Positions 1 to 10,736 of a stretch of DNA of 64,000 nt are shown in pieces. The DNA is from Epiperipatus broadwayi (taxonomy: Eukaryota; Animalia; Onychophora): assembly GCA_028023455.1 (NCBI GenBank), contig JAQFVV010000001.1, positions 496,001-560,000 of the forward strand, written 5' to 3'. The translations under genes were made by a program, and so were the position numbers. Position 1 is the first letter of the stretch. Each line of letters starts with the position of its first letter. A model generated the notes under the pieces. That model was not told the origin of the DNA. It did not search any database and saw nothing but the letters and a program-made list of their open reading frames with translations.

Positions 1-861
1 TAACATTTATATTCTATTCCATTTAGAGCAGGGGTGTTGAATGTATTTTTTATGTAGAGCCATTTGAGTATTTATAATCTGATTCGCAGGCCATAGAAAA
101 TTATAGACTTAAAAATTAGCCTACTACACCTAATCAGAAATTTAATTAATTTACCTCTAATCATTAATGCTGAACAACCTTTTCACCTGGCACAATTTTC
201 AACTTTCTCCTTTTAAATGAGGGTCATAATTTTTGTGAATTAAAAATAAAGTAACATCATTATTATTAATAACTGATCTATATTTATTTATAGTTCTGTG
301 AGATATATTAAATTTCTATATATGTTCTGGATAGGTTAATTCTATAGCAGCTAGGATACAGTCTTCTATAAATTTCATTCAGAAAAGCTTTCAAAATTTC
401 TGCCTTTTTTTTTGTTGCAATAACTTACTCTCACAGAATTTTCTGATTTCTTTGTATTTTTTATAAAACATAACAGCTAATTGATGAAGCTCCTTTTCAA
501 GTTTTCTATTTTAATATTTCTTTCTTCCCCAATAATTTTGTTGTAATAAGAATGTTTAATAAATAGTATCTCTTAATAATGTGTTCTTTATTAAATGAAA
601 TACTTTCTAGACATACCAAGCATATTGATTTACTATTTCTTTCTATAAAAAATAAATAAATTGGTCAATTTCTTTTCAAATGCACAATTTTCTTTGCCAT
701 TTTTTTATATCTTATTTTGTATAGCTATTTTTTTTTTTTTTTTTTAAAAGGCAAAATAATAAAATGAAAAAATTCTAATTTTATTTTTGCTAGTTATATA
801 TTCGTCTGTGAAAATTATTATTCAATATAGACAATTTGTTAGAATATTGCATCTCTGACAG

Positions 862-1278
862 AATTACAAAAAAATCAAGTCAGATGTCAAATGACCTAAT
901 TTAATAAGCTTGTATTTAGAAATGTTATATATAGAGCTCGCAAAATAAGCTCTTAACAAGCTTTGCAGAATATCCTCAACCCCAGACCAGTTTCTGCTAC
1001 TGGCATCGTCAGTGAGGTGCCAGGATATTCAAGCATTAGATTAAAAATTCCAGGACAAGCCCAGCACTTTATCTAATGTATAACTATTAAGTAGAAAATC
1101 TGAAATTTTCAGACATCCATATGTCTTCCAATCTAGCTATCTAACTTAAATAACCATATGTGAACTAAGTTCAGATACACCATGTATTAATAGCTTTAGC
1201 AATATAAAATCACCAAAGCTTTAATAGCAAAAAATAAAATTACAAAAAAATCCAAGTCAGATGTCACATGACCTAATT
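862..1278 (-). mobile_element. Left arm of a large inverted repeat: ~1.1 copies of a ~376-bp unit (retrozyme/Penelope pLTR-like), hammerhead-like motif on the minus strand
   Basis: aattacaaaaaaatc(c)aagtcagatgtca(a/c)atgacctaattt occurs at 862 and again at 1238 (period 376). The arm is the reverse complement of 1278-1680 at high identity. Confidence 0.8.
968..1030 (-). ncRNA. Type I hammerhead ribozyme-like motif (probably degenerate)
   Basis: Minus strand reads GAAUAU-ccuggca-CCUCA-CUGACGA-UGC cagua GCA-GAAAC-ugguc uggg-GU-UGAGG-AUAUUC. Core boxes CUGANGA and GAAAC are present, with a 3-bp stem II and a 5+6-bp stem I with a bulge. The NUH cleavage triplet is one nt short in the stem I register. 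Confidence 0.55.
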
Positions 1279-1680
1279 TATTTTGTGAGCTCTATATATA
1301 ATATTTGTAAATATAAGCTTATTAAATTAGGTCGTGTGACATCTGACTTGATTTTTTTGTAATTTTATTTTTTGCTATAAGGCTTTGGTGATTTTATATT
1401 GCTAAAGCTATTAATATATGATATACCTGAACTTAGTTCAATCCCATATGGCTATTTAAGTTAGATAGCTGGATTGAAAGACATATGGATGTCTGAAAAT
1501 GTCAGATTTTCTACTTAATAATTATACATTAGATAAAGTGCTGGGCTTGTCCTGGAATTTTTAATCTAATGCTTGAATATCCTGGCATCTCACTGATGAC
1601 GCCAGTAGCAGAAACCTGTCTGGGATTGAGGATATTCTGCAAAGCTTGTTAAGAGCTTACTTTGCGAGCTCTATATATAA
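1278..1680 (+). mobile_element. Right arm of the inverted repeat: ~1.07 copies of the same unit in a different circular permutation
   Basis: gagctctatatataa at 1287 and 1666 (period 379). Reverse-complement match to 895-1278, e.g. gacatatggatgtctgaaaat versus attttcagacatccatatgtc. Confidence 0.8.
1575..1637 (+). ncRNA. Type I hammerhead ribozyme-like motif (more degenerate copy)
   Basis: gaatat-cctggca-tctca-CTGATGA(1593-1599)-cgc cagta gca-GAAAC(1611-1615)-ctgtctgggat-tgagg-atattc. The stem II base pair and stem III carry mismatches. Confidence 0.45.
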
Positions 1681-3499
1681 CCTCTGATAGAATGAAATAA
1701 AATTATGATAACGGTTGGAGAGAAAAAAAAGATGTAGTTGAGAAAATAAATATTTTATTTTACTTATCTCTTAATTCAAAATTTGCATGTATATATGCAC
1801 TGCACTATGTGCATGTTTAAATAGAAGTTTTATATAGATCCATTTTATAAACATTTGTGAAAATGACCACCAAATTGAGACCTTCGAGGGCTGAACTTGG
1901 CCTACAGGCCAGAGGTCCCCCATCCCTGATTTGAAGGATAAAAGATATTTGTTAATATTAAACGTAAATACCTCAGTAAATTTTTTTAAAAAGCAGGAAA
2001 AAAACATATGAAATAAAGAATTCAAAAACAAAAACAAAGTTTATTTATTTAATGTATGGATTTTTTTTCTAATATAGCTAGCTGATTGACAACCATTTAA
2101 AGAAATCTGTAAAGGTTTCAACTAGGAGATAATTTATTAGTAGCTTTATTAAGTCTACAATGATGCCAGTGTATCCATAGATTTGACAATCAATTAAGGA
2201 TTATGTTTGGCTATAACTATATAAGTCAGCTGTTTAAATTTCATTTCTGAAGCAGGTAAGTCACGTAATTCAATGAATGTTTCTGAATCTATTGATAAAA
2301 CCCCAGTTAATTCTAAAGAAATCATATTTGATCTGATTTTACTGTTGTATCCAGAAAAAACTTTTTTTTCTATTATTTGGCAGAGTTAAATTTTTTATGC
2401 CATAATTCTTCAGTTGTACTACAAAATTTTTAGTTTAGATTTCCAAAAAGAAAATATTGATTTGAAATGTGTTACATGATGATGCCATATCCTGAGATAT
2501 AGATATATCCAATTTCTTTTTTACATATTTTCTGAAAAACAAATTTGTTTTTTAATATCTGATAAAAAAAAATATGTAAAAAAAATGGGAAGTTTCTGTA
2601 TACCAATAATACTTAATAAAGTAAGATTTAAATGTGTATCCAGAAGCTTAGTGTGAACTTTTTATTCAACAGAAGCATAATATTCAGCAGAAGAAAGTGC
2701 AAGAGTTTTAAAAACTTTTCATAATATCAGCTAAATTTCCAGTAAAGTACTCCTAGAAAGTATTTTAGATTAAACCTTCAATATATAAAAAACATAGTTT
2801 AGGTTTGGTCCAAAATCCCTGAAGCATAAGAATAGAATCATGTTTCAGCCTATCGTTGGAAAAGATTATGTTCAGTTTACAAGAAATTGAAAGGTGAATA
2901 TATAATCTTTGTGGGGTCAGCGATAAAATCTTAGTTTTTGTGGGGAAAAAATTCAAAGCTTTTAACAAATATGAAAAAATTTTATCTTTAAAAAAGATCT
3001 TTTTTGTGAAATCAAGATAATGTTACCAGTAAAGATTAATTTTGTGCATTCCCTTTCTGCAAGATTGCAAATGAGTATATTAAATAAAGTAGCTGGAACA
3101 TCTGAACATTGTGGAGAACTATTCTGTAAATTTCTTTATGCTTTACAATTATTATTTAAAAAGAATCATTTGAATTTTTTTATTAGAGAATATTTTATCA
3201 AGTAAATTAATAATTTTCCTGCATTTAAGAATTTGCAAGACTATTAGAAAGATATTTTTTTTCTAGTCATTAGCTGAAATTATATCAATGAAATTGTTAC
3301 CAGTCTTGTTTTATTTTGAAAATTCTTCTTAATAATGACAGTTAAAGATAGAACTTATTTACAACAATTTTGTTCTGCCCGAGTCTAATCTTCCTAAAAG
3401 TAAATAAATCTCAACAATTGACAATTTTTATTTAAGATTTATAAAAAACATATAATGATGGATGACAATGGGCCACATAGATAATTAGTTAGATTATCC

Positions 3500-4900
3500 G
3501 TTTTAAGACTTCTATAATTTTTGCTTTATATCAAATTTTTAGAATGGTTTCATATAAATAATGCTGTTGAATAGTTTTCTAGGAACACGTTGACCTTTTC
3601 TGTTTTAAGACAGTGTTTATTAGGTTTACATATTCTAATATATAATATATTGATAATCTCATTAATAGTTATTTCAAAGGTGTTTCCATAAACTAAGCTT
3701 ACATAGAAGAACAAAGCATTTTGATTAGACCTTAAAAAGTTTTGATTTTCCATACTCACTATCGACATATCTTTTGTAGTGTCTGCTGTGTCTCCGACTA
3801 TGACAATTAATTAATGTTTTAGGAATTTATTTCCATATAATCTAAGTTTTAAAATCTATACAATTAATTAATTTCTTAGGAATTTATTTCCATATAGTAA
3901 GTTTTAAGATTTATACAATTAATTAATATATACATGTCTCTATATTTATTTTTAAACTTTGAACATTTTTTATCAATTTATTTAGTGGCATTCTTAATTT
4001 TAAAATATTAATTACATATTTTGCAGTGTCATTAAGGGATTTTATAAATTTGCTATCAATTTATAAATCTTTGATAGATAAATACTGATTATAAAAGTTA
4101 TTGATAAACTTTAGAATAAACCCTTTAGAAGCTGTTGTTTTGTATTTGTTATAAGTAAGTTTTCTTATATAGACTGCAATCAGATTTTCATTTATTCCAG
4201 CTTGGCACTGGATAGCTTTCAATTATAGAATGTGAATTCTAGATGTGATAAGACTTGCTCTATGTTGGTTATGAAAAAATGATTCAATATTAATACATCA
4301 ACAGACAATAATGAACTATTTTTTGTTGAAACAATGTCTTTGTGCACCAACTTTCTGAATGGAATGTTCCTCTTCATAATCTACTACTCAAAGCTATCCA
4401 TTCTAAAACTGGAGAATCTTCTTAATGTTCATACATATTCAATCTTAAAAGTTACTATGAGAATTGAAATCTTACTATAAACAAAGAAAATATACGAAAG
4501 TATGGAAAGGGAAAAGAGAACTTGAGAAATTTGTACTTATATATATTAAACCACAAATTTCCAATGGCTAACTGGTTTCTAAATGTAATTCACAAGCTAA
4601 TAGCTAAAGATTAATAAACTTGAAAATCTATAATCAGTTGTCAAGACAACCAGTAAAAGGAAATCTTTTACCTATAAAGGTTGCCTAGACAACAGATTGT
4701 AGATTCTATTGATTTATTAAGCTTTGACTGCTATCATATGATTTATACATATAAATTTAAGAATAGTGTTTGTGATATCTTTTGAATTATCTTTAATAGA
4801 AATTTTCATTTTGCACTAAAAGATGATTTGAAACATACCATGTGATGGGTTACGAATTTAAGAGTTTGCCAGACATAGAAAGATTTGAGATCCTAACGAT
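3500..4900 (-). mobile_element. Heavily decayed RTE-like non-LTR retrotransposon RT relic
   Basis: Minus-strand fragments resemble ordered RT motifs: V*ATFIGKRF (QAGFRKG, ~4690), PLEICGLIYIS (FIDYEKAF region, ~4560), SIQKVGAQRH (GVRQG, ~4350), LSHLEFT (LSHLRFADD, ~4245). There are many stops and the boundaries are approximate. Confidence 0.35.
3803..3927. repeat. Tandem repeat, ~55-57-bp unit, ~2.2 copies
   Basis: acaattaattaat at 3803, 3860 and 3915, with repeated ttaggaatttatttccatata. Confidence 0.85.
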
Positions 4901-5362
4901 TAAGCCAATGCACATGTGCTTTAAAGATAAATTATAAATGAATATTCAATTTTTCCAGACCCGAGATATAGTATTTTAGAAAAAATGGAATAAATCCACC
5001 CATTCTTTCGACCCAAATGTTTATGTATGGGCAAATCTTAAGTGTGTGGAAATAAGAGCGTGAAGGTGTTACACGATCACTTTAAATTACATTTGTTATA
5101 TTTGAACGAATGACACTTGAGTATTCATTTATAATTTATCTTTAAAGCGCATGTGCATTGAATCACTAATATTACTATTACATAAAAAACATAGCACTAT
5201 ATAAAATAATATCTCAATATTGATTCTTAAAAAATAAATGTACAAAACAAAAAAAAATGATTGAAATTTTTTACAAAAAATATATTGATTTTTAAACTTT
5301 CAATAACTAATGGGTTAATTAATAACCAAGATTTAAAAATAATCTTTATAAAGACTTTTTTT

Positions 5363-5434
5363 TGCCTTTTGATGAGTAAATTATTCAATGATATTTTCTG
5401 CCTTTTGATGAGTAAATTATTCAATGATATTTTC
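5363..5434. repeat. 36-bp tandem duplication
   Basis: tgccttttgatgagtaaattattcaatgatatttt at 5363 and 5399. Confidence 0.9.
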
Positions 5435-8167
5435 ATAATTTAACTTTAGGGTGACTTTATTTTCAATATTAATGATAGAATGCTCAAATGGATCTGGTCA
5501 AAACTATTTCTTAAATAATTTTTTATATACTTGAAAACAGAAAATAATTGTCACCCCAATAGTTTACCAAGTAGATAACTCTTTTATACATCTCAAGTAA
5601 TAGTAAATGAATATGATAAATTTGCTGTTCGATAAAAAAAAATTAAACTAAAAAAAATTAAACATTTGTAAATTTGAATTCATAAATTTTTAGTGTATTT
5701 GTCTGTATGAGCTATGTCATGAACCACTTATTAACCAGCCATTTTCTCCTCAAGTTATAGACTCAATCAATTAGCATTTGCTATCACAGTGAAAGTATTA
5801 TTTCACACTAACATCACTACTGTGAATTAATAAATGAAAATTTTGTTTAGAATGGCCCAAATGATGATGACAATTTTTACAATCCTAAAAATACCTCTGA
5901 AGTGGATCCTTTATATGATAAATTGAAAATAATTGTTTTATTTAATGAAAAAAAAATCATATGTAAATGTGCTTTCTCTATCAGTTAATTATTGTATTGT
6001 TTTTTTCATAGCTATATTATTCTATTTTTGTTGATATAAGTTGCATATAATTTTTAAGTTAAATTATATCACAGACATATGTACGTATGTTAAAACCATG
6101 TTATATAGAGTTTGATAAATCAGAATAAAGACTTGAAACCAAATGGTTGCAGATACCAAAAACTACATTATTTTTCTTTTTAAAAAAATAAAGAACTTCA
6201 TTTTAAAAAATAAAACATTTTAATATCATTTTTATGTTTGTTGGTTCTATATTTTCCTTGCCTTATAACATGGATCACATTTGTTTCTAAAATAAACATT
6301 TCAGACATCATATGAATTAAAGTTTTGGAATGAACTTCTGGCAGGAAACCCTATAAAAGTAAGGCCCAAGATGTATGTCTTTTATAATTGTGTGCAAATC
6401 TGTTTTTATATTTAGCACGCATTCAGTCAAGAATTAATACAAAGCCAAGGAGAAGAATAATGCAGATATCTTTTTGTTATATTATTTCTTTGAAAAATAT
6501 CATTTTAAACTTTTATATATCATCAATGTCTGTTTATTTGAAAAAAAATTATTGTTTTCTAATTGGGAAAAAAACTCCTGGAATAGAGATACAGCACAGC
6601 TGTCACTTCATGCAGTAATTGTTTTTCATTTATGGAGCTTAGAAGTTTCATCCCAGTCTATCCTGACATGGTTATTCCCCATAATATCAAGGAATAAACT
6701 TTTATAATTTTATTATAAGATTTCATAACTTACAGATTTTTTTTAATATCAAAAGTTTGCCATAAGATAAATTCTGATTTCCAAGTGAAGACATTAAGCT
6801 TTGCATGCAAAAAATACTACTTGCAGAATTGTTAATTAACAACAGTAATTAAGAAAAAAAAAATGAATTTGATAAATTATTTAGAAAATTCATATATACA
6901 GAATTTACACGACACTATCAAGCATTCTTTCTATGATTTTTTTATTAAACATCTGGTCTTTTCACATTGCTTTAATATACTTTTTCTTATATATTTCCAA
7001 ATTAATATTACATTTAATTAGTTGTCTCTTCTTCTTGTAGTACACCTGGGTCTCATTTTATGCGGATTATTTTAATGTGATTCATGTTTCTTCTTAATAT
7101 CTTTCATATTTCACTATATTTATTAGATATTAAGAAATTTAAATTATTAATAACTTATTTTGATTTGATATACTTTTTCTTTTTTTTTTTTCGAAAATAT
7201 AATGTTATATTAGCAGCTAACATGTTATGGCCTGAAGCTGTATTTAGAATCTTAGCTTCTATGTAAATAACCTACTTATACTAATGAGTAAATAATAATA
7301 ATAGATTTATACTTATGTGTAAAAATATCGCAATAAATATTCAAAAATTTTAAACTTTTAAAACGTATTTTGTTAGATATAATAAATAACAAATTTTTAG
7401 ATTGTTAAAATAAATAAAGAGGATTTTATTGATTTTTTTTAAACTGAAAATAATCTTTCTAATGATAATGTATAATCTTTTTGTTTTGATTGCGATCTCA
7501 TTTTTTTAATATAAAAACAGAAAACCATTAACAAAACACAAGACTAAAAGTGGCACTAGTTGTACACACGTCATGAATCTGATTCACATTCAACTCATAT
7601 TCTCAAATAGCGATAATGATTAAAATATGTATGAAAAAAAGGAAAATTAAATACTGTAGTTAATAAAAAAAGTTTGTCTTGTATTAATTTTTTTCAAATA
7701 TTTGAAATTTTTTATTAGTCATACTTTATTTCCATATTTTTTTAATGCGAATTTTAAAGTAATTTTTACTTGTTGCTTTGCTTTTATGCGATTTCTGAAA
7801 ATTACTGGAATATATCCTCCATTTTTCAAGGTAAGTTAAGTCTATTTTTGTGCGATTTCTTTTGTGCGTGTTTTCTGAGGAATCTATCTATAGCATAAAA
7901 CTAGACCCCGGTGTAATTATTTAGGCAATCTTTTTCAGATCTGTAATTGACAAATATTGCATTAGTAGTATAAAATAAAAATACACATGTACCAAATGTT
8001 CTAAACCAAAGCTCAGCAAGCTATGACTCATAGAATGTTTTATTTGGTCCATGAGAGCCACAATGTTCAGAATTAAAACTTTATAATCAACAAATGAAGT
8101 AAAACATCTTTCCATCTTGTTATAATCAGCAAATGAAGCAAAAAGTTATTTTTTGATCATGTAATAT

Positions 8168-8204
8168 TGAAACAGTAAGATTCGTATTCGAATCTTAAGT
8201 TTCA
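8168..8204. repeat. Hairpin terminus of a dispersed repeat (second copy at 23775-23810)
   Basis: tgaaac-agt-AAGATTCG-tatt-CGAATCTT-aa-gtttca, followed by related pyrimidine-rich flanks in both copies. Confidence 0.7.
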
Positions 8205-9438
8205 CCTTTTTTCTATCGTCTCTCATTCTCCGCTCTATCCTACCCAAATTTAAACTTTTTGGTATCAAGTTGTCTGTGCAACAATATTAAAAATGTATAG
8301 ACAAATGTAGAATTCACCATAAACACGCACACATTTCGATATCAAATTTAAGGTAATAAATAAAGATAAATAATATAATTTAGATTTCTTCTTTTAGTTA
8401 TATAAAAAAATATAATTTTAACTATTTATTTTGAATTGTAAAATCCGTTATTTATTGCTTTGTCTAAATTTCATTTAGTAATAATTTTAGAAATAGATTG
8501 TAATATTTAATTAAAAGTAAAATTAATCATATGTTCCCTTTTGTATTTGAAATTTTAAAAGCAACGGCCGGCGAAAGATAATAAATTAATTAAAAAGAAA
8601 AATTCTCTAAAATGTAATTATAAAATGTAAATGTAAAAAATAGAAAGGCAGCTTTCTCTATAATTAAAATTAACAAAAATGCATTGATTATCCTCAGGGC
8701 AGATTAATTGGAATCCAAAAATAAACTAACAAAAATGTAAAAGATAAGATCTAAGAAAGGATGCCATTTTGGGACTTTCTAGAAACTTGCAGTTTAATTT
8801 TAGCTATGCTCTCAATCAGTTGAGAGTCTCCAAGATCTTAAATTAATTTTACCTGCCACAGTATGGTCGAGTAGAAAGTGCCCAGACTATTCTCCATCCA
8901 GAGATGGCCTATCATATGCCAAACCTTCCATTGCCCTTCATAAATTCAACCACAAAGATCTGCTGCCTAAAATAATTCGAAAGCTGCTGCTGCTAAATTA
9001 CATGCATCATCTAAATACTGTAAAGAACTGCTAATGCTAGAATCATGAACAATTTGCTACTGATCACTGAATCGGAAAACTTCTCATAAACAGGTACCTG
9101 TATCCAAATTCTCTAGAGTACTCTATCCTGCTATAGCTTATTCATTCTTTATATAACTTATAAACTATAAACGGTAAATTCTCATTTGTAATGCTACAAA
9201 TTTAATAATTAATATGTAAATTTCTTTAATAATCTAGCCTGCCTAACTCTATCTTTCTAGGGTATGTATTTCTAAAATCTACATTTTATTATATAATTAT
9301 CGCATGTTCATAATTTTCTAAGTATAAATCTAGGATCGCTTGAAACAGTGGATGTGTGTCAAATTTTCATTAATAGTTACTTTCATAAATAACTTAATAT
9401 TTTCATATAAATCGACACGCATTCAATGCTTCATTTAT

Positions 9439-10008
9439 TGTAATGCAGGAGTCTACTGCTTAGCAAATGGCTGACGTATTAGTTATAATAATCACCCAGT
9501 TACATATTGTTTTATATTTTATTAAATTTTAATTAATAATTCCATAAATCACATTTCTTTGAGAGTCGCAACGTTCTTTATTAAATGTTGATGATGTAGG
9601 GCCGAGTTATAAAATATATTTAAATCTTAACAGAATCGTCTGTACATTATACATGTGTTATGTTTTAAAGATGCGATGAACCATTACCAGCCTTGAATAT
9701 TCGATTCTATAGGGTTGAAATTAACCCGTCGTCCTACACAAGTGAACATAATAAATGCTCCCGTAGGGCTTGACGAAAGTCACACAGCCAGCAGGCAATC
9801 ATGGCACGAACCACTTGTCCCTGGTTATGCTTATGTGACACCTTACCTCTTTGTGCCGATGGCAAACGCCAGCCCGTCGTTCTTATAAACTCACTCACGG
9901 CTTTGCAGTTTCAATACTGCCATTCCATTCGCCTTTCTAAAACGTACCACGAGTTTCTTTTATTAACTTTATTATTCTATGTATAATTCCATCCCTGCAT
10001 TAGTGACA
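9439..10008 (+). mobile_element. LTR-like segment (TG...CA, short terminal inverted repeat)
   Basis: Starts tgtaatgcagg and ends cctgcattagtgaca. GC-richer than its flanks, with a TATA-like site at ~9607 and AATAAA at ~9750. No clean TSD was found. Confidence 0.45.
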
Positions 10009-10552
10009 TAATTCACTCTCAAATAAATGTTTGCCTCTAGTTATTAGTAAATATCTTTAATTAAATAAATATACATCCGCTGCTACTCTTATAAATCTTA
10101 CTTTAGACTCTTGCATTGCAAAGGTATAAATCCCTAAAGGCATGCCTTAGAAATACTTGCCCAAGAATTTTAGGTAGCTAGATTACATCATCAAATAAAT
10201 GTATTTCTCTTTGTAAACATAACAGTATCGGAAAATACTGCTACTGAGGTCTTAAATATAAAGTATTATTGGTAAAATGATTTTGTATAAATGTTACTAA
10301 ATAAATAAATGTCTTTCTTGAATATATAACAGTATCGGAAAATTTCGTTACTCAATTTAAATATTACCAAATGTTATTAGTAAATAATTTATTATTAAAA
10401 TGTTTCAATAAATAATGTCAAACTATACGTCTGCCGTAACTTCTTTATTTATTTATTCGATACCCAGTCAATGTGTTTCCTCGATTCTGTAAATATAAGT
10501 GTTTAATTAATATTAGTATTATTCTTGGCTAACTCGAAAATAAAATCATGAA

Positions 10553-10736
10553 TCTCTTGCAACATCGCTGACCACCATGCCTAAAGAAACGTTTACTAAT
10601 GTCGCATCAGATGCGTTGTTTCATAGATTGTATTGTGGAACCGATAAACTATGTTCGAACTTAGTACTACGGGTGGCTTCACTACCTAGATGGTACTGCA
10701 GTTCTGTGTGGTGGTCAAATTCTGCACTATGTTAAC
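10553..10736 (+). repeat. Diverged repeat segment shared with 26008-26185
   Basis: Colinear anchors tctcttg, gaccacc, gtttacta, atgcgttgt, the identical 13-mer actatgttcgaac (10648 and 26099), and tggtgg. Confidence 0.75.

Noticed and set aside
862-1680. CRISPR array or simple satellite interpretation
   Set aside because: No repeat-spacer periodicity, eukaryotic context, and only ~1.1 units per arm.
29-1928. hAT/Charlie-like shell (CAGGGGTG at 29 ... CATCCCTG at 1928; flanks atttagag / atttgaag) enclosing the palindrome
   Set aside because: The TIR match is only 7/8 and the TSD 6/8 across 1.9 kb of unrelated AT-rich DNA. The two ends may belong to different elements. Kept only as an alternative context for the 862-1680 repeat.
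7730-7915. Tigger/pogo-like MITE terminus (gcataaaactagaccccggtgta)
   Set aside because: Only one decayed end, with no opposite TIR found.
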